Shown here: positions 18,636 to 28,608 of the stretch, in pieces | Layout of the letters: each line of letters starts with the position of its first letter | Position numbering within the stretch: position 1 is the first letter of the stretch | DNA from: Candidatus Thorarchaeota archaeon | GTDB lineage: Archaea > Asgardarchaeota > Thorarchaeia > Thorarchaeales > Thorarchaeaceae | NCBI GenBank assembly: GCA_019057475.1 | Contig: DXJO01000027.1 | Coordinates: forward strand, 36,174 to 100,173 | Direction of reading: 5' to 3' | Length of the DNA: 64,000 nt | The notes under the pieces: model-generated | What the model saw: the letters and a program-made list of their open reading frames with translations, nothing else | Database searches by the model: none | Told to the model about the DNA's origin: nothing | Made by a program: the position numbers and the translations under genes

Positions 18636-20492
18636 TTAGTCCCAGTGAAGAGGACTTGCACAATGGGGACAGACTGTGGTTTCGCCGGGCAGACCTCGCT
18701 TTGCCAGTGCCCCACGGCAGTGAGAGCATTCAATCCTTCTGGGCTGCACCGGCTCGGCCACGGCCTTGCTCCTCAACAGTAGGTCTCTCAGGTTCTCACG
18801 CATATCATCCAGTAGACTTGAGAACTTGGCTTCATCTTCTGAGGCAACAGAGATTCTAGTCTGTTGGTTGTCTTTTGATACTGACCCGATGATGATTACC
18901 TCTGCTCCCTCGACAGTGGCCTTGCCGTAGTATAGGGCTTCTTTCAGCACCTCAAGAAAACCGCGCTCGCCCACAAACCAGACGTCGTGTTGCTCAATTA
19001 CCTTCTTGACTATGCCAAAGACCTTTTCGGCATCAGCTTCTGCGTCCAAGGTTACACTGAACTCGCGCTTCGCCTGAAGCTTTTCATCTATGAGACGATC
19101 AAGATGGGCCATGTCAGCAGTCGCCAAGTACGCATCACGAACTGCAGCCTCATTGGCTGTTGGAATCCGCATCTCAGTGTCGCCATGTTCACTGCACGTC
19201 AATACTGCCAAAGACTCACCTTCTCGTTCGTGGGGTTTAATCTCAACGAGGCTGAGCTTATCGTGGCACTTTGGACACTCGTAAAGGCGCCCGTATAGTT
19301 TCACCAATAATTCATGGTTCATGCATTGCACATAGACGCGAGCACTTTCATGCCCGTTCTGGCACTTCACTTGGAGTTCGAATAGTCCATTCTCAATCTT
19401 GATGTTGCGGATTGTGAAAGGAGCACTGCATTTGCCGCATCGGAAGCTCTCCTCTAGAAACTTTTTTCTATCGATGGCTGGCTCTCGTTCCTCGATTTGC
19501 TTGTAAACGCCAACCTTGAGCCACTTTCGCATTGTTCCATGGATGGGACAGACAAGCTCTAGCGTGACATTTTCTCCCTTGACGCTTTTCTCCAGAATGT
19601 GTGCCAGAAGGTCGCATTTGTCGCATTTGAGCACTGCATTGACTATTGCATCTATGGACTGGGTTGTTCGCTCGATTGGTTGCACGATTTCACAAGAGTG
19701 ACCCTTTGAGCATCTGCACTTCATCTTGTACCCCTTCTTGTCTGTGTCAATGTTGCGTATAGACAGGGGGCGTCCGCAATCTCTGCATGTGAGAGCATCC
19801 TTCACGATGGCATCCTTCTCAGCCTCACCAGAAACCTCTCTTAGAAACTCAGCATTCTCAGCAGGTATCTTCTTCTTGCCCTTTCCGTGAACGGGACAGG
19901 ACATTTCCACATGTGTGTACTTGCCTTTGACTTCCGCTTTTTCCAATGAACAGCGGAGGCCGCATTCATCGCACAGAAGCACTCTCTGCATGACACCTTT
20001 GAGGATGCTTACATCGGAGTTACGAGGAAGGTATCTCATCTCCTTGTGCCCATTGGGACATTTCGACTTGATTTCGAGAACACCCTTCTTGTCTTCAATT
20101 TCATGAACCATGAACTCCTCACTACATCGGGGACAAGTGAAGGCGGCTTCGACAGACTTCCCGGTCTTCTCAATGTCAATGAGGGCTGACACCGCTGAAT
20201 GATGCCCGATTGGGATGGGCCGTTCCTGAGGTCCGTGTTCTGGACATACAAAGATGAACTTGACCTGGCGCTTTCCCAAGTCAGTACTGAGAAGTCCCAT
20301 TGTACTGCCGCAGTCCAGACAGATGCATAGGCCCTGGTACAAATCCTCCAGCATGCCTTTGGCTTGTTGAAGAGGGATTTTCCTATCTTCTCTGTGACCA
20401 TTGAGACATTGCACGCGCATCCGTAGATTCGATCCACGGATATCGGCGTATTTGACATGAAAGGGTTCATTGCATTTCTTGCACGTGAACAT
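18636..20492 (-). CDS. Protein with eight tandem C3H zinc modules, a platform-like domain and a C4 zinc ribbon
   Basis: Alternating CxxC-x21-CxxGH and CxxC-x21-CxxHG units (four pairs; last unit x23); terminal CSHC..CPHC. Confidence 0.8.
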   Translation of the reverse strand: MFTCKKCNEPFHVKYADIRGSNLRMRVQCLNGHREDRKIPLQQAKGMLEDLYQGLCICLDCGSTMGLLSTDLGKRQVKFIFVCPEHGPQERPIPIGHHSAVSALIDIEKTGKSVEAAFTCPRCSEEFMVHEIEDKKGVLEIKSKCPNGHKEMRYLPRNSDVSILKGVMQRVLLCDECGLRCSLEKAEVKGKYTHVEMSCPVHGKGKKKIPAENAEFLREVSGEAEKDAIVKDALTCRDCGRPLSIRNIDTDKKGYKMKCRCSKGHSCEIVQPIERTTQSIDAIVNAVLKCDKCDLLAHILEKSVKGENVTLELVCPIHGTMRKWLKVGVYKQIEEREPAIDRKKFLEESFRCGKCSAPFTIRNIKIENGLFELQVKCQNGHESARVYVQCMNHELLVKLYGRLYECPKCHDKLSLVEIKPHEREGESLAVLTCSEHGDTEMRIPTANEAAVRDAYLATADMAHLDRLIDEKLQAKREFSVTLDAEADAEKVFGIVKKVIEQHDVWFVGERGFLEVLKEALYYGKATVEGAEVIIIGSVSKDNQQTRISVASEDEAKFSSLLDDMRENLRDLLLRSKAVAEPVQPRRIECSHCRGALAKRGLPGETTVCPHCASPLHWD

Positions 20493-20586
20493 AGGATTCC
20501 CTCCGCTACAAACGTGCCGCGGCCAACTGGGGACTAGCGCTCAGGTCCCTAAAATGCGTTTCCCCAAGAGGAAAACGAACAACCAA

Positions 20587-22863
20587 CTACTGAAGATACA
20601 GCGCTATAGTCAATGAATGGGAGCAGTACCTGCATCTAATCGGTTTGCGTGTGCCAAGTTCCTCTACCTGCTCTGTTTCCAGTGGAGCGCCACATCGCAA
20701 GCAAATCCAGGAGTCCATCGTATCGGCAAGCTCATCGATTGTTGTTGGCAGCATGGCGATATCCTCACCTAACGCTTCGACCTTCACAACCGAATGCCGA
20801 CCATTCTCAGGACCAGTAATGAGGAAGATAACTGCGACCTTCTTGCCTGTGTACTTCCCCTTCGCAAACCCGCGAATAGTACCTATGAACTGGCCTCCAA
20901 CAATTGTTTCTTCACTGTCGATGATATGAAAGTTCTTGGCCGGGAGTATCTTCTCTGCTTTGGTGAACAGGACTCGGGGGTTCCAATCGAGAGTTTGTTC
21001 CTGCTGGGTGATTGTCAAGCTCTTCAGGATAAGGTCGAATTCCTCTGATGTTTTCTTTGATGGCTTCAACAGGTCACATACAGATCGAATAAGGTACGGT
21101 TCGACCTGTACGGTATGAAGCTGGTCGCGGAAATCGATGAATGACACCGTAGATACAACTTTGCCTTGAACACAGTCCTTGGTGGGGTAGAACGTGAATT
21201 GAGGGCTCCTGAAGCCACCCACTTCAATACGCGATATCGTTTTCACTGCCTCTCCAGCAAGTTCCATGCTGTCCTTTGGATAAGCGACTATGTTCACCGT
21301 TACATTCGTAATGACATAGCCACTATTGTTCTTCACCTTAACCTTGTAATCGAATTTACCACCCACGATATTGCACCCACGCAGCACTTGCACATCTGCT
21401 TGCTGAGCCTCAACCATCTCAACTAGAGGTTCAAGAATATGCGGCTCTTCATACTCCTCAGCCTCAACAGGCGGCTTGAGCTTGTCCGCCTGTATCTCAT
21501 CGTAGGCGATTTTCATGGCTTCTGCATGATCATGGGGTATCTCTAGGACGTACTTGCCATGCACAGGACATAGCTGCACTACTCGCGACTCTCGCCCTCG
21601 TGGTTCAGCGTACACCAGATCCAGAGAATCATAACACTCAGGACACTGGTAGAAATGTTTGTAGAGGTTCACCAGTGTTTCCTGCGGCAGACCTGGAACA
21701 AAGAATCGCTTTGCTCTATGTCCATTCCTACATTCAACATCGAACTCGATTAAACCCCTCTTGTCTTCAACGTCCCTGAGAAAGAGCGGCATGTTGCATT
21801 TCTCACAGCTAAGACTTCGGACAATTGAGGGCAGCCTATCAATCATTGGCTCGCGTTCCTTGATGTGATCAAACACATCTGAAGGAACATCTCTTTGCAT
21901 CACACCATGAATTGGACAGACTACCCTGAACTCTACTTTCTTCTTACGTCGTTTCACATCATGCCCGTGAGTAAGAAGGCCACACTCGTTGCATGACATC
22001 AGGGCTGCAGCAACCCGATCCTTCACGGGATCACTCCAAGTCAGCGGGATGTTTCTAGTTGTTGTATGACCATCACTTGGACAAATGCATCTGAACTTGT
22101 ATCCAGACTCGTCACCTTCAATGGCTCGTATCGAGAGAGGGAATTGGCAATTACTGGAAACAAGCATCGCTCTAACAACGGCGTCCTCAGGTATCTCGCT
22201 CGCAGCTTGTTTCATGAGCTTAACTAGGTCGGCAGGAATTTCCTTCCTATCAGACCCGTGGAGCGGGCATGATATGTGAATTTTGACAGTTTCTCGATTC
22301 ATCTCAATTCTAGTAATGGTGCTTGGGAGACCACACCTATCGCAATGAACAACTCGTTGTAGCAGTTGTTTGAGTAATCCTTCTTCAGCATTATCAGGAA
22401 CGTATCTTGTTGTCTTGTGTCCATTTGAACACCGCACGAGCATCTCAAGGAAACCCCTTCGGTTCTTAATGCCACTCACTGCATAGACCTGACCACACGA
22501 GAGACACTTGAAGGAGTCCAGAATGGAGCCAGGACTATCCACATCCGCACCTAGAATCTCGACTGTTGACTGAAACTGAGCTGGAAACTCGCGTTCCACT
22601 GGGCCATGAATGGGACAGAGAAAAGTGCTCTCAATCTGAGAATGATGAGGGATGGTGGATAGCTGTGTCATTGAAGACCCGCAGTCGGTGCACAAGAACA
22701 ATTTCTTGAAAAGGTCTGGAGCCATTTCTTGAGCTTGGTGCTCGGCCAATCGTCTGACACTTTTATGACCATTCACACACTGAACATCCATCTTCAGGAT
22801 TTTGTCCTTAATCTCGGCAGCTTGAATGTACAGCTGTTGGCTACATTTTCTGCAAGTGAACAT
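20587..22863 (-). CDS. Paralogue with eight C3H zinc modules, an appendage-like (sandwich plus platform) region and a C4 zinc ribbon
   Basis: Same repeat array, starting MFTC(R/K)KC in both genes; acidic Pro linker; terminal CLRC..CRYC. Confidence 0.8.
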   Translation of the reverse strand: MFTCRKCSQQLYIQAAEIKDKILKMDVQCVNGHKSVRRLAEHQAQEMAPDLFKKLFLCTDCGSSMTQLSTIPHHSQIESTFLCPIHGPVEREFPAQFQSTVEILGADVDSPGSILDSFKCLSCGQVYAVSGIKNRRGFLEMLVRCSNGHKTTRYVPDNAEEGLLKQLLQRVVHCDRCGLPSTITRIEMNRETVKIHISCPLHGSDRKEIPADLVKLMKQAASEIPEDAVVRAMLVSSNCQFPLSIRAIEGDESGYKFRCICPSDGHTTTRNIPLTWSDPVKDRVAAALMSCNECGLLTHGHDVKRRKKKVEFRVVCPIHGVMQRDVPSDVFDHIKEREPMIDRLPSIVRSLSCEKCNMPLFLRDVEDKRGLIEFDVECRNGHRAKRFFVPGLPQETLVNLYKHFYQCPECYDSLDLVYAEPRGRESRVVQLCPVHGKYVLEIPHDHAEAMKIAYDEIQADKLKPPVEAEEYEEPHILEPLVEMVEAQQADVQVLRGCNIVGGKFDYKVKVKNNSGYVITNVTVNIVAYPKDSMELAGEAVKTISRIEVGGFRSPQFTFYPTKDCVQGKVVSTVSFIDFRDQLHTVQVEPYLIRSVCDLLKPSKKTSEEFDLILKSLTITQQEQTLDWNPRVLFTKAEKILPAKNFHIIDSEETIVGGQFIGTIRGFAKGKYTGKKVAVIFLITGPENGRHSVVKVEALGEDIAMLPTTIDELADTMDSWICLRCGAPLETEQVEELGTRKPIRCRYCSHSLTIALYLQ

Positions 22864-22958
22864 GTCAACTCACCATGGCAAAGCTCAGCAGGAATGAGTG
22901 TAACAGGATTGCTCTTAAGACAATTGATGATATGCCTTCAGCGGAAAAGGCGTTTGGA

Positions 22959-24248
22959 CTATGTAACGCTTCCCGGGACATCAACACTCTCAAGGAGCTT
23001 ATCTCCAGCCTTCTTGACCTTGGAACGGTACCCCCGCGTTGTGTAGACTCTCACAGGTCGGAGGTCACGATTAAAACTGCGAGCAATTAGACTGACCTCA
23101 TCAACTGGCCAGAACTCATAGCCCTTGGACCCACGTTCAAAGAACACCAACTCATCAAGGGGGTATTTCCCCGGGTAGTAAGTCACTGAGGGCCTGTCAG
23201 GATAGTCAACATAGACATTTTTTGGATCGATATCCGCCGCCTCAGCAATCTCACTCTCTGCTTGAAAGAGGCCATCGGGAGTGGATATCTTCTTCATGAA
23301 AGCGACATCGGATATCGCTCTTTCGCTAGCCAACTTGATGAGATACCGCTTTCGGAAGTCCTTGTAGAGCCTGCTTGCAGTCTGCATCTCATCTGTGTCG
23401 TCTTCAGTCACTGAGAGTAGTACATCAAGGAATGAGAGGTCATCATAGAGCAGGAATTGTTCAATGTCATCGTCAGGAGAAAGGAAGAGCTGGGACCCAG
23501 CCTCGTCGAGTATACGCAGAAGCATCAATTCTGCGGCGCGCACTGTTCGATGGTAATAGACGGCATCGTACATATTGACGCCTGCCGAGAGGTACGCCTC
23601 GAAGGTATGCATGGAACTCCTGTTCAATGCAATCTTGTTCTTTGCTATCCGTGTTGCGGCGAATAATCTCCGGTACTCTAGCTGAGCGTACTCAACGCCG
23701 GCGAAGTATGCGTCACGCTCAAGATTGTCGATTAATACGGGATTGATGGGACACTTCATGAGATCAAGCCGGAAGCTCTTCAGCGGAACTCCACGCTCTA
23801 GCATGTTCTTTATCTCACTGACGGAAGTCACACTGCCCTTGATGATATCCTTGACCGGTGATTTCGTAGCAATCAAACTGGCAAGCTTCTGTTTATTGGT
23901 TCCCCGAACTGTCAAGTACTCTGTCATGACATTATTCCAAGGTCCTGTTGACAGAGTGAGAAGCATTGCGATCAGTCTTGCTCTCTGGACTTCATCCAAG
24001 TCGCCGTCCAAGGAGTCAAAGAAAACTTTGGTGACATGCATAACTCCGAGCAGACGACCCATCACTGACGTGTCTGCACCCGGGAAGACCAAGTGAATGC
24101 CTGCGGGCCCGCGGATATTGCGCAACCTCTGACTGAGCCGGAGGTCCAGTATGGATTTCTCAACACTCGAGAGCTCTATGTACCCATGAAGCGGATCTTT
24201 GATTTCGAGCACTGATGGATAATCACTAATCGGCATGAAAGTCCCCAT
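22959..24248 (-). CDS. SAMHD1/YwfO-like HD-superfamily protein with degenerate metal-binding motifs
   Basis: IKDPLHGYI..QRLR.I..VFPGA, L.RD.YFAGV.Y and MY..VYYHRTVRAAE scaffold intact; HD residues absent. Confidence 0.8.
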   Translation of the reverse strand: MGTFMPISDYPSVLEIKDPLHGYIELSSVEKSILDLRLSQRLRNIRGPAGIHLVFPGADTSVMGRLLGVMHVTKVFFDSLDGDLDEVQRARLIAMLLTLSTGPWNNVMTEYLTVRGTNKQKLASLIATKSPVKDIIKGSVTSVSEIKNMLERGVPLKSFRLDLMKCPINPVLIDNLERDAYFAGVEYAQLEYRRLFAATRIAKNKIALNRSSMHTFEAYLSAGVNMYDAVYYHRTVRAAELMLLRILDEAGSQLFLSPDDDIEQFLLYDDLSFLDVLLSVTEDDTDEMQTASRLYKDFRKRYLIKLASERAISDVAFMKKISTPDGLFQAESEIAEAADIDPKNVYVDYPDRPSVTYYPGKYPLDELVFFERGSKGYEFWPVDEVSLIARSFNRDLRPVRVYTTRGYRSKVKKAGDKLLESVDVPGSVT

Positions 24249-24377
24249 CTAGCGCAGTTCTAGCGCATCAAACTGTGCTCCTATGGGAGATACGAAGGCG
24301 TGTATTACTGTTTAGGTCTAGGTTTTTCGATGGCTCAGATGCTAACCTTCATGAGGGTTTGTGCAAGTGGCAAGACC

Positions 24378-26204
24378 ATGAAACCTCTGCTGCTGACATC
24401 TCTGATGCTCGTGCTTCTGATGGCCATTCCACTTCAGTCGCCGATGATGCCTATCAACGATGCAGGCAGTGCGAATAAGCTGGTACCATCAAATGACCAA
24501 ATCTATGTGGTTGATGTTGCAGAGGATATCTACAACGCAGTATCCGAGCAGTCGTACCTTGACTTCATTATAGAGCTGACAGAGAATGGCTCTCGGTGGG
24601 TGAATGAGGGGCCGCCAATCGTCTACAGCGATGCGAATATCCGCGCAAGAGACTGGATCTCACAACAACTGGTTCAACTCTCAGGCGGCAGAATAACCGT
24701 TGAACTCATGGGAGAACACAACTCGGTCGTTGGACGCTTACCAGGCTGGATACAGAGTGATGCACCCTGCCTGATGATAGGAGGTCATTACGACAGCGTT
24801 TTCGGGGCTCCAGGGGCTAATGATGATGGTACAGGTGTGGCTGCCACACTTGAGCTGGCACGCGTCTTGTCTGAATACGAATTTCCTTTTGACATTTACT
24901 TCTGCACATGGAACTCAGAAGAAAACGGACTGATAGGGAGCGGCGAGGTTGCTCAAATCTTCGCGAACGACGGGCTCGACATTTTGATGTACTACAACGT
25001 GGATATGCTCCTGGTGGAGAATCCAACGGTGCCCGTGGATGAGCGAGTGCTGATGGTTTACAATTCTGAAGCGAGCACTACATACCATAATGGCAGATAC
25101 TGGGCGGAGCTTGCGAGGATGATGAGCAACAATCTTGGACTCAACCTCATCAAGCCACTCTCGTCTTCCCACTTTCCGTTCTGGATGCAGTCTGACCATT
25201 ACTCATTCATCCGGGAGGGTTATGACCGAGCCATGTTCGCATTCGAATCAGGTTGGGCATTAGATGATGCTTACCATCAGCCCACAGATACATGGGACAA
25301 CCCCATGTACAATTACACACTGGCAAGGGACACTGTCGGCGCCATTGGGGCAAGCATGGCATTGACCATGGCGAACGCGTACGGTCAGCCAACCGATATC
25401 CAATACAATTGCACACTTGAACTAGGTGACACAAGAAGCTACTATTTTGTGCTCAGCATTGAAACTGATGTTGGGGTTGAATGGTTTGGTGATGGTAGCG
25501 ATATCGCCGCTTCGTTATATGCACCTAACGGATCTCTGATGGAAACCGGCGTGACGGATGTGATTAATGATATTGATGATGATGAGCTCTTCGTTGCTCA
25601 CGCCACTCAGAATGGGCTCTACACATTGGTGATGGAGAACACAGGTAACCAGAGCGCCTTCTGCGAATTCAATGTCGGCTACATTACTGACATAAATGGC
25701 GATGGAGTGGTCGATACCGTAGGATACTGGTTTGATCAGATTCAATGGGAGCTGGATAATGATGGTGACGGACTCAGCAATGCGCAGGAGATGCTCATCG
25801 GAACTGACAGGTGGAACGCAGACTCAGACGGAGACGGCATGAGAGACGGGTGGGAGTACCATAACGGTCTCGACCCTCTTGTGGATGATGCATCTGAAGA
25901 TCTCGACCACGACGGCCTTATCAACCTCTTTGAGTACGGGAATGGTACATCGCCCAGCAGCAGCGACTCTGACTCAGATCTCATGCCCGATGGCTGGGAA
26001 ACGGACCATGATCTCAACCCATTGGTGGATGATGCAAACTTAGACCCAGATGGCGACTTTCGAACGAACCTGCAGGAATATCAGATGGGCAGCGACCCGC
26101 ATGTATCCGACCTTGATTTAGTCACACCTGTAGCACTATTGGGAACAACAACTGTACTGGTAGTGCTAGGTGGAGTTCTGGTGAAGAAGAGGCGCTCCTC
26201 GTAG
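24378..26204 (+). CDS. Secreted, membrane-anchored M28 family metallopeptidase with TSP3-like Ca-binding repeats
   Basis: Signal-like N-terminus; motifs GGHYDS, GANDDGTG, EENGLIGS, SDHYSF and YHQPTD; DxDxDG repeats; C-terminal TM helix plus KKRR. Confidence 0.88.
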   Translation: MKPLLLTSLMLVLLMAIPLQSPMMPINDAGSANKLVPSNDQIYVVDVAEDIYNAVSEQSYLDFIIELTENGSRWVNEGPPIVYSDANIRARDWISQQLVQLSGGRITVELMGEHNSVVGRLPGWIQSDAPCLMIGGHYDSVFGAPGANDDGTGVAATLELARVLSEYEFPFDIYFCTWNSEENGLIGSGEVAQIFANDGLDILMYYNVDMLLVENPTVPVDERVLMVYNSEASTTYHNGRYWAELARMMSNNLGLNLIKPLSSSHFPFWMQSDHYSFIREGYDRAMFAFESGWALDDAYHQPTDTWDNPMYNYTLARDTVGAIGASMALTMANAYGQPTDIQYNCTLELGDTRSYYFVLSIETDVGVEWFGDGSDIAASLYAPNGSLMETGVTDVINDIDDDELFVAHATQNGLYTLVMENTGNQSAFCEFNVGYITDINGDGVVDTVGYWFDQIQWELDNDGDGLSNAQEMLIGTDRWNADSDGDGMRDGWEYHNGLDPLVDDASEDLDHDGLINLFEYGNGTSPSSSDSDSDLMPDGWETDHDLNPLVDDANLDPDGDFRTNLQEYQMGSDPHVSDLDLVTPVALLGTTTVLVVLGGVLVKKRRSS

Positions 26205-26210
26205 TTGGCA

Positions 26211-27125
26211 CTAAGCAAGCGTCTTCATCAATAGATCCCAGCGATATTGAATGTAATCTTGCAGCTCTTGAATTTTCGCATCCTGGCGCTCAGGCCTGAA
26301 CAGATGTGAAAACCGACCCTGCATCTTTAGGAACTCCTCAATCGGCTTTCTCTTCTCTGGGTCTTGGAAGCGTTTGCTCTGGCGACCCAAAGTGAACTCA
26401 GTTCCAATACGTTCCCACTGAATCCAGTAGCCTGTTTCCACAGCGAGCTTGCCGAGCTCCACGCCTTTCTCAACCGGGTAATTCCAAGCTTGTGGACAAG
26501 GCAGGAATATGTGAATGAACTTCGGACCGCGAATCTCTTTGGCCTTCAGGAACTTGTCGTAGAGATCACGGGGATAAGCAGTGTTAGCGGTTGCTTGGTA
26601 GACAGGCTCATGCATTGCGACAATGAAGTCCAGCAGTTTCTCTGGCTCCTTCTTCCCGAGCCACGTGGTCGTGGTCTTCGCATGAAGAGGTGTGCCACCT
26701 GAGCGCTGTGTACCGGTGTTGCTATACACTTGATTGTTGTAACAAACGTATAGGAAGTCTGTTCTACGCTCAAATGCGCCGCTAAGGGCCTGTATTCCGA
26801 TATCGAATGTGCCGCCATCGCCAGCCCAGACCATAACTATAGTGTCGTCCTTGCCTTTCGCCGCAAGAGCCGCTCGCACTCCCGAAGCCGTTGCTGCTGC
26901 TGCAGGAAAGGCAGTATTGAGAACGGGTATCGCGAGCCCACTTTTAGGCCAAAGACCTTGCACAACACTTGTGCAACAAGCAGGTACAACCTGAATGACG
27001 TTCCCTTCGAGCGCCTTGTGCGCATGGCGTAGTGCTACCATATCCTGACAGCCTGCGCATGCCGCGTTTCCCTTCAGAACGTATTCCTTGAGAGGCATAT
27101 CTTTCGTTGCTACCATTTTAATCAC
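26211..27125 (-). CDS. porB: Pyruvate/2-oxoacid:ferredoxin oxidoreductase beta subunit
   Basis: Motifs ACAGC, GDGG..DIG.QALSGA, YNN..Y.NTG.Q.S and PCP. Confidence 0.9.
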   Translation of the reverse strand: MIKMVATKDMPLKEYVLKGNAACAGCQDMVALRHAHKALEGNVIQVVPACCTSVVQGLWPKSGLAIPVLNTAFPAAAATASGVRAALAAKGKDDTIVMVWAGDGGTFDIGIQALSGAFERRTDFLYVCYNNQVYSNTGTQRSGGTPLHAKTTTTWLGKKEPEKLLDFIVAMHEPVYQATANTAYPRDLYDKFLKAKEIRGPKFIHIFLPCPQAWNYPVEKGVELGKLAVETGYWIQWERIGTEFTLGRQSKRFQDPEKRKPIEEFLKMQGRFSHLFRPERQDAKIQELQDYIQYRWDLLMKTLA

Positions 27126-28297
27126 CTCAGGTCATGCCAGGTTTCTTCAGGACCCGTTTCTCCGAGCTCCACAGCTTTTACTGTATCAAGAATTACTTCT
27201 TTGATGTCAGACACTGTCATGTCGCGACCGCCAAGCCCACCGATGTAGCTCTTGATGATTGGCCGATGTTTGGTGTTGTACATCGTAGCCCGAATGTCGT
27301 TTGCCACAGGACCACCATAACCGTATGAAACAGAACGGTCAAGGGAGGCGAATCCCTTCACACGGCTGCCAAGCTCTCTGATTCTGTCAACCGGGAATGG
27401 GCGAATCATTCTCATTCGAGCGTTACCCACTTTGTAACCCTCCTCACGAAGTTCGTCAATCGCATCCTTGGCTTCTGCTGCGACTGAACCCTGAGAAGTA
27501 AACACAACCTCTGCATCATCACACTTGTAGCAGTCAATGGGACCACCGAAGTACTTCCCAAAGAGTTTCTTGTATTCGCGTTCGACCTCTTCATACACCT
27601 TCAATGCATTGTGAGTCCCTTCATGCATGGCGTACCTGAATTCCATGTAGTGCTCTGGAAACACGATGTTGCCATGTGAAACAGGGTTCTTTGGGTCCAT
27701 TACCCAATGCGGTGCCTTGTAAGGAGGCAGGAACTTGTCAACTTCCTCCGGCTCGAGATAATCGTAAGTGGACAGAGTGTGACTGAGTACAAAGCCATCT
27801 GCATTGACCATGACAGGCATCAAGACCCTCTCATCCTCGGCCAGTTTGAAAGCCTGGATAATCGTGTGATAGAACTCATCCACACTTGAGACGTAGAACT
27901 GTATCCAGCCTGTTGTAGCCTTGGACATGGAATCATCATGTGTGACGTGGATGTTCCAGCTAGGCGATACGGACCGGTTGATGTTTGCTAGGACAATAGG
28001 AAGCCTTGCAGCTGTGGCCCAGTGCAAAGCTTCATCCATTAGTAGCAGCCCGTTTGATGATGTTGCAGTGAAGGTTCTCGCGCCCGTGGAACTAGCGCCT
28101 ATGCATGCGAACATGGCTGAGTGCTCTGACTCGACGAGGATGAACTGTCCTGGCCATTGACCTGTTTCATGCAGCAGAGCGATCTGCTCTGGCACGGTTG
28201 TTGCGGGCGTGATCGGGTACGCTGCTACGACCTCGACGCGCGCAGACATCACGGCACGAGCCGCTGCGTAGTTGGCACTCATGAGTTGCGTCTTCAT
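27122..28297 (-). CDS. porA: Pyruvate/2-oxoacid:ferredoxin oxidoreductase alpha subunit
   Basis: Motifs AYPITP, ESEHSA, TATSSNGL, DGF.LSH, RPFP and GLGGRD. Confidence 0.92.
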   Translation of the reverse strand: MKTQLMSANYAAARAVMSARVEVVAAYPITPATTVPEQIALLHETGQWPGQFILVESEHSAMFACIGASSTGARTFTATSSNGLLLMDEALHWATAARLPIVLANINRSVSPSWNIHVTHDDSMSKATTGWIQFYVSSVDEFYHTIIQAFKLAEDERVLMPVMVNADGFVLSHTLSTYDYLEPEEVDKFLPPYKAPHWVMDPKNPVSHGNIVFPEHYMEFRYAMHEGTHNALKVYEEVEREYKKLFGKYFGGPIDCYKCDDAEVVFTSQGSVAAEAKDAIDELREEGYKVGNARMRMIRPFPVDRIRELGSRVKGFASLDRSVSYGYGGPVANDIRATMYNTKHRPIIKSYIGGLGGRDMTVSDIKEVILDTVKAVELGETGPEETWHDLR

Positions 28298-28608
28298 ACT
28301 GATTCCTCCTCATCAAAGCCCTCTCGAATCATAGCGATGCATTTCTTCGGGCACACTTCAGCACAACATGCACAGCCTTTGCAATAATCAAGATCAATGT
28401 GCGGAGTGCCGTCCTCATCCAGTGAAATGACGGCTTCGGGACAATGTAGCCAACACGTTCTGCATCGGCTGCATTCATCATAGTCAATCTGTGGCGTGAA
28501 TGTCCGCCAACTGCCAGTCTTGCCGGTGGCACCAATTACTGGTTTAGAGTAAGAAGTCGTGGGCATGTCAGCCCTGGATTTAGGATCGATATTGACCTCA
28601 TTCACCAA
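28294..28608 (-). CDS. porD: Pyruvate/2-oxoacid:ferredoxin oxidoreductase delta subunit
   Basis: TGSWRTF.P, two 4Fe-4S motifs and DYCKGC. Confidence 0.9.
   Translation of the reverse strand: MVNEVNIDPKSRADMPTTSYSKPVIGATGKTGSWRTFTPQIDYDECSRCRTCWLHCPEAVISLDEDGTPHIDLDYCKGCACCAEVCPKKCIAMIREGFDEEESV

Noticed and set aside
18636-22863. Multiheme cytochrome or radical SAM (Tes-like) proteins
   Set aside because: No recurring CxxCH motif, no signal peptide and no CxxxCxxC; only the CPxHG-type zinc module is shared.
25690-26110. DxDxDG repeats as a novel repeat system
   Set aside because: These are recognisable TSP3-like calcium-binding repeats, common in secreted prokaryotic proteins.
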